Assembly (NCBI GenBank): GCA_037442825.1
Contig: JBBIPN010000009.1
Coordinates: 1 to 31,327 of the forward strand
Length of the DNA: 31,327 bases
Direction: 5' to 3'
Source of the DNA: Sulfurihydrogenibium sp.
GTDB lineage: Bacteria > Aquificota > Aquificia > Aquificales > Hydrogenothermaceae
The notes below the pieces were generated by a model. That model searched no databases, was not told where the DNA came from, and was given only the letters and a program-made list of their open reading frames with translations. Shown here in pieces: positions 19,110 through 29,882 of this stretch (the stretch's first letter is position 1; every line of letters starts with the position of its first letter). The translations under genes and the position numbers were made by a program.

Positions 19110-20876
19110 TTAATCTTCTTCTATAAAAGGTTTTAAATACTTAGCTCTATGTGGATGTCTCAACTTTCTTAATGCTTTTGCTTCTATCTGTCTTATTCTT
19201 TCTCTTGTTACTCCAAATCTTTTACCAACTTGTTCTAATGTATGTTCAGTATCATCTTCAAGACCAAATCTATATCTTAAAACCTGCTCTTCCCTTTCAG
19301 ATAATGTTGATAAAACTTCATCAAGCTGCATTCTTAAAGCTTGTTTTAACATGTGTTGTTCTGGAGACAATACAGATTTATCTTCAATGAAGTCTCCAAG
19401 ATGAGATTCTTCATCACTTCCAATGGGTGTTTCTAATGAAACTGGCTCTTGAGATGTTCTTAATATTTTTCTTACTTTTTCAGCTGGTAAACCTGCTTTT
19501 TTAGCTATCTCTTCTGGCATAGGCTCTCTACCAAGTTCTTGTACCAACGATCTTGATATTCTAAGGAGCTTGTTGATAGTTTCTATCATATGAACAGGTA
19601 TCCTGATTGTTCTTGCTTGGTCTGCTATAGCTCTTGTAATTGCTTGTCTTATCCACCATGTTGCATAAGTAGAAAATTTAAAACCTCTTTTATAATCATA
19701 TTTATCAACAGCTTTCATAAGACCTATATTACCTTCTTGAATTAAATCTAGAAATTGAAGACCTCTATTCGTATATTTTTTAGCAATAGATACAACTAAC
19801 CTAAGGTTTGCTTTAACTAGTATCTGTTTTACATGATTAATTTCATTTCTACCTTGTTGTATTAGATCTAAAACATGATCAAACTCAGAAGGTATTGTTC
19901 CTATTTTTTGCTGAATTTCTTCAATTTCTCTTTTTAATCTTAAAGTTTCTGTTCTTAATATTTCGTATCTTCCGTAGGAAAAGCCACTTTTTTCAAGTTT
20001 TTTTAAGATTTCTGGATTTTTTTCATATTCTGTAGACAACATTAAGTCAATATCATCATGGATTTTTGAAATTATTTTTATTCTCTTTTCATAATCTCTT
20101 TCATTTTTTCTTAATTTTGTGTAAAGTTCTTTAAGTTCTTCTGCAATTTTATCTAATTTTGTGAATTTTATATTTAAACTTTTAATAAACCTATTTAATT
20201 TAGCATGTTGCCAAATAAAATCTTTTTTATCATCTAAACTACCTAACTCTAAATATTTCTGTTCTTTTTCTAATAGTTCTCTGTACAGTTTTGCAAGTTC
20301 TAACCCTTTCTTTATAAATTCTAACGTTTGTTTATCGTAGCTATCTGTATCAAATTCTAAATCTTCACTCTCTTCTGCTTCTATTTTTTCTTCCTCTCCA
20401 TCAAGATTTAATAAATCTTGAATCTTTAATTTTCCGTCTACAACTTTTCCCCATTCATCAAGTAATTTTTCAGTTAAGAAAGAAGTTCTTAACAATCCTC
20501 TAAAAACTTTTTTTCTTCCCCTTTCTATCTCTGTTGCATATTTGATCTCTTCATCTCTTTTTAAAAGTGGAATTCTTCCCATTTCTCTTAAATATAGTTT
20601 TACTGGGTCATCTGCTTTTGCCCAAACATCATCATCAAATTCTATTCCTAAATGTTCGGATACATCATAGTCTTCATCTTCTGACCTAATTTTTTTATCA
20701 TCTCTCACATCTATATTTAACTCATTAAGATACTCAATAAGGCTTTCTAAATTTTCATCAGAAGAAAATAAATCTTCATCAATGTAATTATTTATTTCTG
20801 AATATGTTAGATAACCTTTCTCTTTTGCTAAGTTGATCAATGTTCTAATGTCATCTCTCTCATAAAAATTAATCAT
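19110..20876 (-). CDS. rpoD: RNA polymerase primary sigma factor
   Basis: Region 1.1 (AKEKGYLTY), 1.2 ([11 protein letters not shown]), 2 ([20 protein letters not shown]) and 4 (TRERIRQIE). Confidence 0.98.
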   Translation of the reverse strand: MINFYERDDIRTLINLAKEKGYLTYSEINNYIDEDLFSSDENLESLIEYLNELNIDVRDDKKIRSEDEDYDVSEHLGIEFDDDVWAKADDPVKLYLREMGRIPLLKRDEEIKYATEIERGRKKVFRGLLRTSFLTEKLLDEWGKVVDGKLKIQDLLNLDGEEEKIEAEESEDLEFDTDSYDKQTLEFIKKGLELAKLYRELLEKEQKYLELGSLDDKKDFIWQHAKLNRFIKSLNIKFTKLDKIAEELKELYTKLRKNERDYEKRIKIISKIHDDIDLMLSTEYEKNPEILKKLEKSGFSYGRYEILRTETLRLKREIEEIQQKIGTIPSEFDHVLDLIQQGRNEINHVKQILVKANLRLVVSIAKKYTNRGLQFLDLIQEGNIGLMKAVDKYDYKRGFKFSTYATWWIRQAITRAIADQARTIRIPVHMIETINKLLRISRSLVQELGREPMPEEIAKKAGLPAEKVRKILRTSQEPVSLETPIGSDEESHLGDFIEDKSVLSPEQHMLKQALRMQLDEVLSTLSEREEQVLRYRFGLEDDTEHTLEQVGKRFGVTRERIRQIEAKALRKLRHPHRAKYLKPFIEED

Positions 20877-22552
20877 CTATCAAACCTCCTATTATGACTA
20901 TTTTTTTTCTCTTCAACGATTTTTAAAATTTCTTCTTCTGATAACTCTTCTTTTAGTTCCATTTTTAACTTTTCTAACTGTTTTTCATATTTGGTTTTAT
21001 AATCGTTAAGTAGTTCTAAGAAATGTTCATAGGAAATAGAGACTTTTTCCTGTTCTAATCGTGAGATAAGTTCTCCATATTCAGAAATATCTCCTTCTAC
21101 AATGAGATGAACAAATTTGTTTAAATTTTCAAAGTTAGACACTATATCATAGATATATTTATTCGTCAATATATTAGGATTATCATACATATATTTCAAC
21201 ATTAATATATCTTTTTTAGAAAGTTTTTCTAAATTTATATTGTTTGCATTTTTTAGTTCATAGGATGATATTTTATAAATTTCCTTCTCTATTTTTTTTA
21301 TATCGTCTTCTATATTTGTTTGGTTTTTCTTTAGCATTTCAGCAATAATATTTATATAACTTGATTTTAAAGATGGTTCTTTTATATGTGCTACTAAGTA
21401 TAAAATATAGTCATATATTTTTTTATAAGTCTTTATTTGAGATTCTGTATTTAATTCCATTTTTTTTAATTCTTTTAATTTTTTAATTAAAAAGATAATT
21501 ATATCTTCGGAAGATTGTATTAACTGCTTTACTTTTTGTAAACCTTGTTTTGACAACTCATCTGGGTCTTTCGCATCTGAATAATAAACGTATTTAACTT
21601 TTATGCCTTGAGATATCAGATGAGATGCTGCTAAAATAGCAGCTTTTTTTCCTGCTTCATCTGAATCAAACATTAAGATAGCTTCTTCTATATATTTTTT
21701 TAATAGTTTTGCGTGATATTTTGTAAATGCAGTTCCAAGTGTAGCTACTATATTTTTTATTCCTATCTGATAAAGTGATATTAAATCTAAATAACCTTCA
21801 ACAACTATTGCTTGTCTTTTTTCTTTTATGTAATCTAAAGCTTCAAATATTCCATAAATAACTTCGCTTTTTTTATATATTTCTGTTTCTGGAGAGTTTA
21901 GATATTTTGGTTTGTTATTATCTGATAATGACCTTCCACCAAATGCAACTACATTACCTTTATGGTTTTTAATTGGAAATATTATTCTATCTCTAAAAAT
22001 TGGATTTTTATTTTGGTTTACTATTCCAACTTTTTCCAAATCTTCCATACTTATATTATTCTTTAAAGAAAATGATAATATATCATTGTTTTCCGGTGCA
22101 TAACCTATTTCAAAGTCAGCTATTGTTCTTGCTAAAATTCTCCTACTTTTTAAATACTCTTTTGCTTTTCTATTTTCTAATAGACTATTTTTAAAGAATT
22201 CTGTTAACTGTCTTGTTATAAGATAGTATTTGTGATTCTTTTTTTCTTTTCCTGAACTGGTAAGTTTTACATTTACTCCATATTTTTGAGCTATTTTTAA
22301 AATAGCATCTTGGAAAGATGTTTTCTCATATTCCATTACAAATTTAACAGCATTTCCGCTTATACCACAACCAAAGCATTTAAATATATTCTTGGTTGGG
22401 GAAACTACAAATGAAGGTGTTTTTTCGTTATGAAATGGACATAGTGCAACATATACAGAGCCTGATTTCTTCAATGTTAAATAGTCAGATATGACATCAT
22501 AGACATTTGAAACTCTTTGAACTTCTTCAATTGTTTCGGGTGATATAGCCAA
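20873..22552 (-). CDS. dnaG: DNA primase
   Basis: Zinc finger CPFH...[39 protein letters not shown] start; upstream of rpoD. Confidence 0.97.
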   Translation of the reverse strand: MAISPETIEEVQRVSNVYDVISDYLTLKKSGSVYVALCPFHNEKTPSFVVSPTKNIFKCFGCGISGNAVKFVMEYEKTSFQDAILKIAQKYGVNVKLTSSGKEKKNHKYYLITRQLTEFFKNSLLENRKAKEYLKSRRILARTIADFEIGYAPENNDILSFSLKNNISMEDLEKVGIVNQNKNPIFRDRIIFPIKNHKGNVVAFGGRSLSDNNKPKYLNSPETEIYKKSEVIYGIFEALDYIKEKRQAIVVEGYLDLISLYQIGIKNIVATLGTAFTKYHAKLLKKYIEEAILMFDSDEAGKKAAILAASHLISQGIKVKYVYYSDAKDPDELSKQGLQKVKQLIQSSEDIIIFLIKKLKELKKMELNTESQIKTYKKIYDYILYLVAHIKEPSLKSSYINIIAEMLKKNQTNIEDDIKKIEKEIYKISSYELKNANNINLEKLSKKDILMLKYMYDNPNILTNKYIYDIVSNFENLNKFVHLIVEGDISEYGELISRLEQEKVSISYEHFLELLNDYKTKYEKQLEKLKMELKEELSEEEILKIVEEKKNSHNRRFDR

Positions 22553-22627
22553 TCATCTCACCTTTAAAGTTTAAAATATTAGAGATTATAAATATAATAA
22601 CCATCAAAAATTTTTCAATAGTTTAAA

Positions 22628-23158
22628 TCAAAACATATTTTCATCTTCTTTAACTTGCCTTTTTATAAACTCTCTACTTTTATACTCTATATAATCTTGT
22701 TTTTGCCAAACATACCTAAATGTTATAACATAACCAACGAATGCAGCTGTATGAAATGCTAACTGTACTGGTGATAGTAACTCTTCATCAAAAAAGAAAC
22801 TTAAAAGTTCAGAAGTTAAAACAGCAAAAAATAAGAATAGCATTGTAATGCCATAAGCTAATGTAACTCTTCTGTTTATTATAAAATCTTTTTCTTCATA
22901 AAGTTTTTTAGCATTTTGAATATCTATCATTTCTTTTTCATTTATCTGATTTTCTCTCATTTTTAAAATAAAGATAACACTACCACTATAAACTGTTACA
23001 ACTATCACAACGTAAACAGCTTTAAAAAAATCGGCTTTATCTGTTAAGATATCATTTTTATAGATAAAATTTATAATAGAAAGGCCAAGAATTATCAAAA
23101 ACATAAAAGCAACTGTTTCAATAAATAAAAATAAAAGTTTTTTCTTTATCATAGCCAT
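22628..23158 (-). CDS. Hypothetical membrane protein (about 4 TM)
   Basis: Four hydrophobic segments; overlaps the corA stop (alternative ATG at 23152). Confidence 0.75.
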   Translation of the reverse strand: MAMIKKKLLFLFIETVAFMFLIILGLSIINFIYKNDILTDKADFFKAVYVVIVVTVYSGSVIFILKMRENQINEKEMIDIQNAKKLYEEKDFIINRRVTLAYGITMLFLFFAVLTSELLSFFFDEELLSPVQLAFHTAAFVGYVITFRYVWQKQDYIEYKSREFIKRQVKEDENMF

Positions 23159-24105
23159 CCTTTCCTTCTAAAAAAGTAAATAGGTAGTGTTGCACTCAAT
23201 AACATTAAAATTAATGCAAAATAGTAACCATATTTCCAATGAAGTTCTGGCATATTTTCAAAGTTCATTCCGTAAATGCTTGCTATTAAGGTAGGTGGTA
23301 TAAATACTGTTGCTATAACTGTAAATATTTTTATAACTTTATTTTGTTCAATATTTAAAAGACCTAAAAATGTATTTTGAAGATAACTTAATCTATCAAA
23401 ATTAAACCTTGTATAATCAATAAGTGAGTTTACGTCTTTGATAAGTATTCTAACTTCTTCCCTTACATCAGAAGGAACTTTATAGCTTTTTAGCAAGGAA
23501 GATAAAACTCTCTGTTTATCAATAAGAGATTCTCTTATTGTCATATTTAAATCTTCATAATAAGAAATAGATTCAAAAACTGTTTCCGTAACATCTAAAT
23601 TACCTGAAGATACAATTTTGCCAAGTTTTGAAATTTCTTTTGAAACGTTTTCGAGTATATCAGAATCAGAGGCTACCTTTATTTCTAAGATTAGTGAAAA
23701 TATATGATACCCAGTTTTATATACGCTTGGATTTGTCATTATTCTTCTTATACATTCACTAAATGTTTTTAACTCTCTATATCTAACAGTTATGATGTAG
23801 TTTTCTTTTATAATGAAAGAAACTGTATCGTTGAAAGCATTTTCTTTTTCTCTTATAAGGAAAAATGTATTTATTGTTATACTTTCTTCCTCTTCCCAAT
23901 ATCTTGAACTTATCTCTATATCTTCTCTCTCTTGAAAAGAGGGAAATTCTATATTAAAGTTTTCTATAGTCCATCTAATTTCTCCATCTGTAGGATTAAA
24001 TATATCAACCCATAGAATTTGAGATTTATCTTCAATAGGACTTGTTAGTTCTTTAAGTTGAATAGACCTTATTACTAAGCCTTCTTTATAAAATACTCTT
24101 ATCAT
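23149..24105 (-). CDS. corA: Magnesium/cobalt transporter CorA
   Basis: PPTLIASIYGMNFENMPELHWKYGY signature. Start taken at MIRVFY. Confidence 0.95.
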   Translation of the reverse strand: MIRVFYKEGLVIRSIQLKELTSPIEDKSQILWVDIFNPTDGEIRWTIENFNIEFPSFQEREDIEISSRYWEEEESITINTFFLIREKENAFNDTVSFIIKENYIITVRYRELKTFSECIRRIMTNPSVYKTGYHIFSLILEIKVASDSDILENVSKEISKLGKIVSSGNLDVTETVFESISYYEDLNMTIRESLIDKQRVLSSLLKSYKVPSDVREEVRILIKDVNSLIDYTRFNFDRLSYLQNTFLGLLNIEQNKVIKIFTVIATVFIPPTLIASIYGMNFENMPELHWKYGYYFALILMLLSATLPIYFFRRKGWL

Positions 24106-24168
24106 TTTGATTTTCCTATAGTATAATAAATTATACATTAATTTTAAATAAATTTTATTAAAAATATG

Positions 24169-24196
24169 TTGACTTTTTTTAAGAATATGATATAAT
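24169..24196 (+). promoter_or_regulatory. sigma70 promoter of the tRNA cluster
   Basis: TTGACT (24169-24174), 16 nt spacer, TATAAT (24191-24196), with TG extension. Confidence 0.75.
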
Positions 24197-24212
24197 ATTT
24201 ATCTAAATTAAA

Positions 24213-24285
24213 CGGAGTGTAGCTCAGGTGGGAGAGCACGTGCCTTGGGAGCACGGGGTCGCAGGTTCAAGTCCTGCCACTCCGA
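24213..24285 (+). tRNA. tRNA-Pro(TGG), CCA not encoded
   Basis: CGGAGTG/CACTCCG acceptor; CGTGC-CT TGG GA-GCACG anticodon arm; GGTTCAAGTCC. Confidence 0.95.
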
Positions 24286-24300
24286 CTATGAAAGTTAAGT

Positions 24301-24374
<74 letters not shown>

Positions 24375-24381
24375 TAAACAC

Positions 24382-24459
<78 letters not shown>

Positions 24460-24808
24460 AAATTACACATTTATAGTTAGAATTCTTATAAATGGGAAAT
24501 AAGATTAAATTAATTTAACTTAAAAAAGATCTTATATTAAATATTAATCGCTTAAATTGTAAATATACTTATTAATATATCAACCCTTCATCCTTAAGAA
24601 GATTTAAAACATCATCATAAAATGAAAGAGAAATGGTAAAAAGTATTTTTAAAAAGCTGTTCTAACTATGTAAGAAGTGTTTAAAAGATGACTTAGAAGA
24701 ATGGGAGAAGTTTTTTGAAGAGAAAATAAAATCTTTACCTTTAGGAAAGTCTTTTGCTTTACTTGCACCTACAGTATCGGTAAAACATCTTTTGGTTTGA
24801 TAACAACT

Positions 24809-25031
24809 TAAGGATTTTTTTATTATCTTACATTTTTCAGATGTTACAATAAAAAATAGGTCAACCTTCTATACCTGCTGGTACACCGTAAATTTCAGGT
24901 GCTTTTTCTAAAGCTTGCGAACCTGTAAAAACTACAGATAAATCAGGTTCAGGTTGTTTATAAGATTTTTCTTCTTCATTTTCAAATTTTTCAATTTCTT
25001 CTTTAGAAATATCTTTTTTAAATTTATCCAT
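24809..25031 (-). pseudogene. Frameshifted, truncated KaiC-domain ATPase (thermophile AF_0795-like family) N terminus
   Basis: 56-aa ORF 25031-24861 ends ...GSQALEKAPEIYGVPAGIEG*, and a shifted frame continues DLFFIVTSEKCKIIKKSL. Together these match the recalled family start GVPTGxEGLDxLFF...GKIxxKxLGGIP. Confidence 0.65.
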
Positions 25032-25101
25032 AAAACCATCTTTGAATTAGTAGTTATGTTATTTTAAATATAACTTCTGACGATAAGTATTTCAATATTA
25101 T

Positions 25102-27501
25102 TTATGCAATATTTACTAAATCAAAGCGTTCTGAATACTTTTGGAATATGAGCTGTTTTAATTCACTGAATTTTTCTAAATTTGGATCTTGTTTTATTAT
25201 CTCTTCAGCTTCTTTTGATGCTAAATTGAGTAAATCTTCATCTCTTTTTAAATCTGCTATAGATAATCCACTTTCTCCAGACTGTTTAGTCCCTGTTATC
25301 TCACCAGTTCCTCTTAACTCTAAATCCTTTTCTGCTATTTCAAAACCATTATTGGTCTTAACTAAAGTTTTTAATCTCTCTAATGTTTTTAATCTTGATT
25401 TTTCTTTTGAGCTATCTTTAAAAGAAAATTTTAATTCTGAAGGTGCTATTAAAAAGCAATAACCTTCATACTGTCCTCTACCTATTCTTCCTCTTAGTTG
25501 ATGTATCTGTGATAACCCAAATCTATGGGATTCTTCTATAACCATGACAGTTGCATTTGGAACATCTACACCTACCTCTATAACTGTAGTAGATACAAGA
25601 ATATGGGCTTTACCTTCCTTAAACATTTCCATAACTTTATCTTTTTCTTCTTGTTTCATCTTACCATGAAGTAGCAAAACATTTTTATCTGAAAATCTCT
25701 CTTTCCAATGTTTATAACCTTCTTTAGCTGATTTTAAATCTGATTTTTCAGATTCTTGTATTAATGGATAAACTACAAAAGCCTGTCTACCTTTATCTAA
25801 CTCTTCTTTTACTATTTCATATAGTTTTTCTCTTTCATTATAAAAAAGTAAAACTGTTTTAACAGGTTTTCTTCCCTTTGGAAGCTGATCAAGTTTAGAA
25901 ATATCTAAATCACCATAGTTAGCTAATGTTAGTGTTCTTGGGATAGGTGTAGCTGTCATAACTAAAACATGTGGCATTCTATCTGACTGTTCCACTAAAG
26001 CTTTCCTTTGTTCTACTCCAAATCTGTGTTGTTCATCAACTACAACTAAAGCAAGGTTTTTAAATGTTAATTTTTCTTCTAGTAATGTATGAGTTCCTAT
26101 AACTATCTTAATATCTCCACTTTTTATGAGATTGTAAATTTTATTTTTTTCAGAAGTTTTCATACTACCTGTTAAAATAGCAATTTCATAATCTTTAAGA
26201 TATTGATTTAGAAATATTTTAAAGTTTTTATAATGTTGCCAAGCTAAAATTTCTGTTGGTGCCATTACGGCTGATTGAAAACCATTTAACGCAGCAGCTA
26301 AACATCCTGCAGTAGCTACAACAGTTTTACCACTACCAACATCTCCTTGTACTAACCTATTCATTGGTATATCTTTATTTAAATCATCAATAGTTTCTCT
26401 TATAGTTCTTTTTTGAGCTTCAGTTAGTTCAAAAGGTAAATTTTTTTCAAAATCTTCTATAAAATTTTCAGAAACTATTATTTTATAAGTTTTATGTTTC
26501 TGTATAAGATATCTTCTATACTTTTGAGCAAGTATAAGTAAAAATAGTTCATCAAAGATTAATCTCTTTTGATGTATATCTTGAAAATTGTTAAGTATAT
26601 CTATATCTGTATTTTCTTGAGGGAAGTGAGTATATTTGATAGCTTTGTATAATGATGGAAAGTTATATTTCTTTAATATATAATCAGGCATGTAATCTTT
26701 AATTTTGGAAAATTTATCGACTATCTTAAACATTCCTCTCCTAAGATGGTTTAATGTTTGGGTAGTTGTTTTGATTGTAGTATCTCCTCTTAATGAGTAA
26801 ACAGGCATTATATTATCTATTATATCTTCCTCTTCTTTTAAAATTTCTGGTTGAATAATAGAATAGCTACCTTTATAAACATTTACTTTTCCAAAAACTT
26901 TTACTTTTTTACCTTTTCTAAAGTATGTATAAAGGAAAGGTTTATCGTAAAGATAATATAGAGAAAATTTTATATTGTCTTGTCTTAAAACGATTTCAAC
27001 TTTTAATTTACCTTTATTAACTTTTTTTATTTCTTCAACTTCTCCATATAAAGTAGCTGTTTCTCCATCTTTCACTTTTAGTATTTTTTTTACTCTCCTG
27101 TCTTCATATCTATCAGGTAAATAAAAAAGGGCATTTTTAACGTTATCTATCTTTATCTTTTTTAATGCTTTTTTCTCAAGTTTTGAGAGAAAATTAAGTT
27201 TATCTATGTTTATTTTTGAAAGTTGATTTTGGTTATAAGTTAAATCCTCTATTTTTGCCTCTGTACTTTCTTTTGGTTTATTTAAGTTTTCTAAATATTT
27301 AAGTAATATCTCTAAAATCTTTCTTTTTTTCCCTGAAGATAGAGTGTCTATATATTTTAAATCTTCTAATAAACCATCTGTTACATAATTTCTAACTAAA
27401 GGTAAAATAGCTCTATCTAAATTTTTTACTCTATCTAATGTTTTTTCATCATAAGATAAAATCTTCTTTAAAATATTGATAGCATCACTGATTTTTTCCA
27501 T
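25102..27501 (-). CDS. recG: ATP-dependent DNA helicase RecG
   Basis: QGDVGSGKT, DEQHRFG, TATPIPRT, TTVIEVGVDVPNA, HQLRGRIGRG and TRG motif NGFEIAEKDLELRG. Confidence 0.98.
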   Translation of the reverse strand: MEKISDAINILKKILSYDEKTLDRVKNLDRAILPLVRNYVTDGLLEDLKYIDTLSSGKKRKILEILLKYLENLNKPKESTEAKIEDLTYNQNQLSKINIDKLNFLSKLEKKALKKIKIDNVKNALFYLPDRYEDRRVKKILKVKDGETATLYGEVEEIKKVNKGKLKVEIVLRQDNIKFSLYYLYDKPFLYTYFRKGKKVKVFGKVNVYKGSYSIIQPEILKEEEDIIDNIMPVYSLRGDTTIKTTTQTLNHLRRGMFKIVDKFSKIKDYMPDYILKKYNFPSLYKAIKYTHFPQENTDIDILNNFQDIHQKRLIFDELFLLILAQKYRRYLIQKHKTYKIIVSENFIEDFEKNLPFELTEAQKRTIRETIDDLNKDIPMNRLVQGDVGSGKTVVATAGCLAAALNGFQSAVMAPTEILAWQHYKNFKIFLNQYLKDYEIAILTGSMKTSEKNKIYNLIKSGDIKIVIGTHTLLEEKLTFKNLALVVVDEQHRFGVEQRKALVEQSDRMPHVLVMTATPIPRTLTLANYGDLDISKLDQLPKGRKPVKTVLLFYNEREKLYEIVKEELDKGRQAFVVYPLIQESEKSDLKSAKEGYKHWKERFSDKNVLLLHGKMKQEEKDKVMEMFKEGKAHILVSTTVIEVGVDVPNATVMVIEESHRFGLSQIHQLRGRIGRGQYEGYCFLIAPSELKFSFKDSSKEKSRLKTLERLKTLVKTNNGFEIAEKDLELRGTGEITGTKQSGESGLSIADLKRDEDLLNLASKEAEEIIKQDPNLEKFSELKQLIFQKYSERFDLVNIA

Positions 27502-27700
27502 AATCTATTATAAACTGTTTCAACTCCTCTATAAATTGTGCTGGGTCATGTCCATAGTTTATAGCAGCTATCTTTAGTCTTTCATGGGGTTTACATGCGC
27601 AAACATTACAGTACATATTTTTAGATTCAAAAAACCTTCTTGTAAAAGGATATTTTCTTAGTACTTGTTCAACTGTTGTGTTTAAGGTTATATCTTTCAT
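27485..27700 (-). CDS. DUF1858-type small redox/disulfide domain protein
   Basis: MKDITLNTTVEQVLRKYP...MYCNVC...ERLKIAAINYGHD...IEEL; SD GGAGGAG; ATGA overlap with the ispF stop. Confidence 0.75.
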   Translation of the reverse strand: MKDITLNTTVEQVLRKYPFTRRFFESKNMYCNVCACKPHERLKIAAINYGHDPAQFIEELKQFIIDYGKNQ

Positions 27701-28185
27701 TTCTCCTCCATCTTTTGTAATAAAACAACTACATAACAAGATGCTGCATTTTCCTTTCCAACACTATCAAGTTTTTCATTTGTTTTTGCTTTTAAAAAAA
27801 TTCTATCCTTACTTATATTAAGGATTTTTGCCGTATTTTCAATAATAGTTTTCTTATAAGGTAATAACTTAGGTTTCTCTATAATTATAACGCTATCTAT
27901 ATTTAAAATTTTATATTTTTTATCATCTAAGATTTTCTTTGCTTCTTTCAGAAAAAAATCACTAGATTTTCCTTTATAGGATTTATCGCTATCTGGGAAA
28001 AGCTCTCCTATATCTCCATATCCTATTGCTCCAAGTAGAGCGTCTGTTAAAGCATGGAAAAATATATCTCCGTCAGAATGGGCAATAAAACCTTTTTCAC
28101 ATGGAATTTTTACACCACCAATAGTTAAATCTTTACCAAACTCTAACCTATGAATGTCATAACCAATACCAACTCTTATTTCCAA
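27697..28185 (-). CDS. ispF: 2-C-methyl-D-erythritol 2,4-cyclodiphosphate synthase
   Basis: RVGIGYDIH, AHSDGD, DIGELFPD, KAKTNE. Confidence 0.97.
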   Translation of the reverse strand: MEIRVGIGYDIHRLEFGKDLTIGGVKIPCEKGFIAHSDGDIFFHALTDALLGAIGYGDIGELFPDSDKSYKGKSSDFFLKEAKKILDDKKYKILNIDSVIIIEKPKLLPYKKTIIENTAKILNISKDRIFLKAKTNEKLDSVGKENAASCYVVVLLQKMEEK

Positions 28186-29018
28186 TTAAGTTTCTCCCTA
28201 AGTATATCAAAGTAGTTTTTATAAGGTGTTCTAACAATGTGAGCATAAAAAGGAGATTGTTTTACTACTATTTCATCTCCATAAAAAAGCTGTGTTCCTT
28301 CTTGCCCATCTAATGTAAGCCATGCATCTTTTTCTTTTGATACAATCTTTATAGTTATAGGTTCTAAAGTAGGAAGAATAATAGGTCTATCTGTTAATGT
28401 ATGTGGACAGATAGGAACTAAAACAAACACTTCCATCATTGGATAAACGATAGGACCACCAGCAGACAACGCATAACCAGTAGATCCATTAGGTGTTGAA
28501 ACAATAATACCATCTCCATTATAAGTAGTAATATATCTATCTCCTACATATACAGCAACGTCTACAATCCTTGCAAGGATAGCTTTATTTACTACAACAT
28601 CGTTTAAAACATCTGCTTGTAGTATATTTTTTCCTTTTCTGTATAAAGTAGCCCTTAACATCATTCTTTTTGATATACATAAAGGTTTTGAAAGTAATAA
28701 CTCTAATTTTTCAAAAGCTTCATCTTCATTTATCTCTGTTAAAAACCCAAGTCTTCCAAGATTTATTCCTATTATAGGAATTTGATGCTTGGCTACTCTC
28801 CTTGCAGTTATAAGTAAAGAACCATCGCCACCAACAACTATAAGCAGGTCAATATCCTTTATATTCTCTTCTTTTTCTAATTCAGAAACATTTTCAATAA
28901 TATTAGATTCTATATTTTTACTATTTAACCAATCTTTAAGTTTCTCCGAAAAGTTTTTTGCTTCTTCACTTGACTTTGTGAATATGTTAACCTTTTTATA
29001 AAATGGAAGTATTACCAT
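28176..29018 (-). CDS. nadK: NAD(+) kinase
   Basis: GGDGS, GINLGRLGFL, LND, DGIIVSTPNGSTGYALSAGGP. Confidence 0.97.
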   Translation of the reverse strand: MVILPFYKKVNIFTKSSEEAKNFSEKLKDWLNSKNIESNIIENVSELEKEENIKDIDLLIVVGGDGSLLITARRVAKHQIPIIGINLGRLGFLTEINEDEAFEKLELLLSKPLCISKRMMLRATLYRKGKNILQADVLNDVVVNKAILARIVDVAVYVGDRYITTYNGDGIIVSTPNGSTGYALSAGGPIVYPMMEVFVLVPICPHTLTDRPIILPTLEPITIKIVSKEKDAWLTLDGQEGTQLFYGDEIVVKQSPFYAHIVRTPYKNYFDILREKLNWK

Positions 29019-29067
29019 GTTATTACCTATTTCCTTAAATGATTTTATTTTATTTTACCAAAAAAGG

Positions 29068-29096
29068 TTTACAAATTTAATTTTAATTGTTATAAT
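29068..29096 (+). promoter_or_regulatory. sigma70 promoter for NlpC/P60-hslV-priA
   Basis: TTTACA (29068-29073), 17 nt spacer, TATAAT (29091-29096), with TG extension. Confidence 0.65.
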
Positions 29097-29126
29097 TTTC
29101 AGTGTATATGAAAAAGGGGGAATAAG

Positions 29127-29882
29127 ATGAAACTTGTTAAAAAAGTTATAGGGATTTTTGTTGGATTTTCACTTATATTTTTACCTCCTGTATCTGAAGC
29201 AAAACAACATAAAAAAGTCCAGAAAATATCAAAAAAGATAGAGAAACATAAAAAAATATCAAAGAAGACACAGAAACATAAAAAAATATCTAAAAAAACT
29301 ATAAAATTTAGTAAACATAATAAATTTAAAGTTAAAAAAGTATCTTACTATAATCCTGGACCTATTGTATATGGAGATCATCTTGAACCAAAAGAAGATA
29401 TATACAAATACGCTATAGGACTTCTTGGGACAAAATATTCTTTTGGTGGAACAAGCATTAATGGTATAGACTGCTCTTCTTTTGTTCAGCATGTTTTTGG
29501 GTTGGCTGGATTAAAACTTCCAAGAACTGCAAGAGAACAGGCAAGATATGGTTATTTTATATCAAAGGATAATATAAAACCAGGAGATTTACTTTTCTTT
29601 GCTACTTATGCAAAATATCCATCACATGTTGGTATATATATAGGTAATGGTAAAATGATTCATGCATCTTCAAAAGGTAGAAAAGTAGAAATAACAGATA
29701 TAAATCAAGGTTACTATCAAAAAAGATTTTTATTTGCAAAAAGAATCCCAGACAATATTGAAGATCTAAAAGAAGTTGAAGATGTAGATATTATGCAAGG
29801 AAATATAACAACAAATGAAGAAAATGAAAAAGAATCTGATGTTATAGCAAAAATAATAAAAGAGAAAGATGGAAAAAATTAG
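29127..29882 (+). CDS. Secreted NlpC/P60 (C40) cell-wall peptidase
   Basis: Signal peptide ending SEA; Lys-rich region; YSFGG...DCSSF, LPRTA, PGDLLFF, HVGIY, IHAS (Cys-His-His triad). Confidence 0.93.
   Translation: MKLVKKVIGIFVGFSLIFLPPVSEAKQHKKVQKISKKIEKHKKISKKTQKHKKISKKTIKFSKHNKFKVKKVSYYNPGPIVYGDHLEPKEDIYKYAIGLLGTKYSFGGTSINGIDCSSFVQHVFGLAGLKLPRTAREQARYGYFISKDNIKPGDLLFFATYAKYPSHVGIYIGNGKMIHASSKGRKVEITDINQGYYQKRFLFAKRIPDNIEDLKEVEDVDIMQGNITTNEENEKESDVIAKIIKEKDGKN
29221..29300 (+). repeat. Imperfect 30-nt coding tandem repeat (KHKKISKK)
   Basis: AGAAACATAAAAAAATATC at 29242 and 29272, with a partial AAAATATCAAA copy at 29223. Confidence 0.8.

Noticed and set aside
24837..24863. Selenocysteine read-through of the TGA ending the 56-aa ORF
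   Set aside because: Another TGA follows within eight codons, no SECIS-like hairpin is visible, and homology continues in a shifted frame instead.
29221..29300. 30-nt periodic repeat as a mini CRISPR array
   Set aside because: It lies in frame in a coding region, has no unique spacers, and no cas genes are present.
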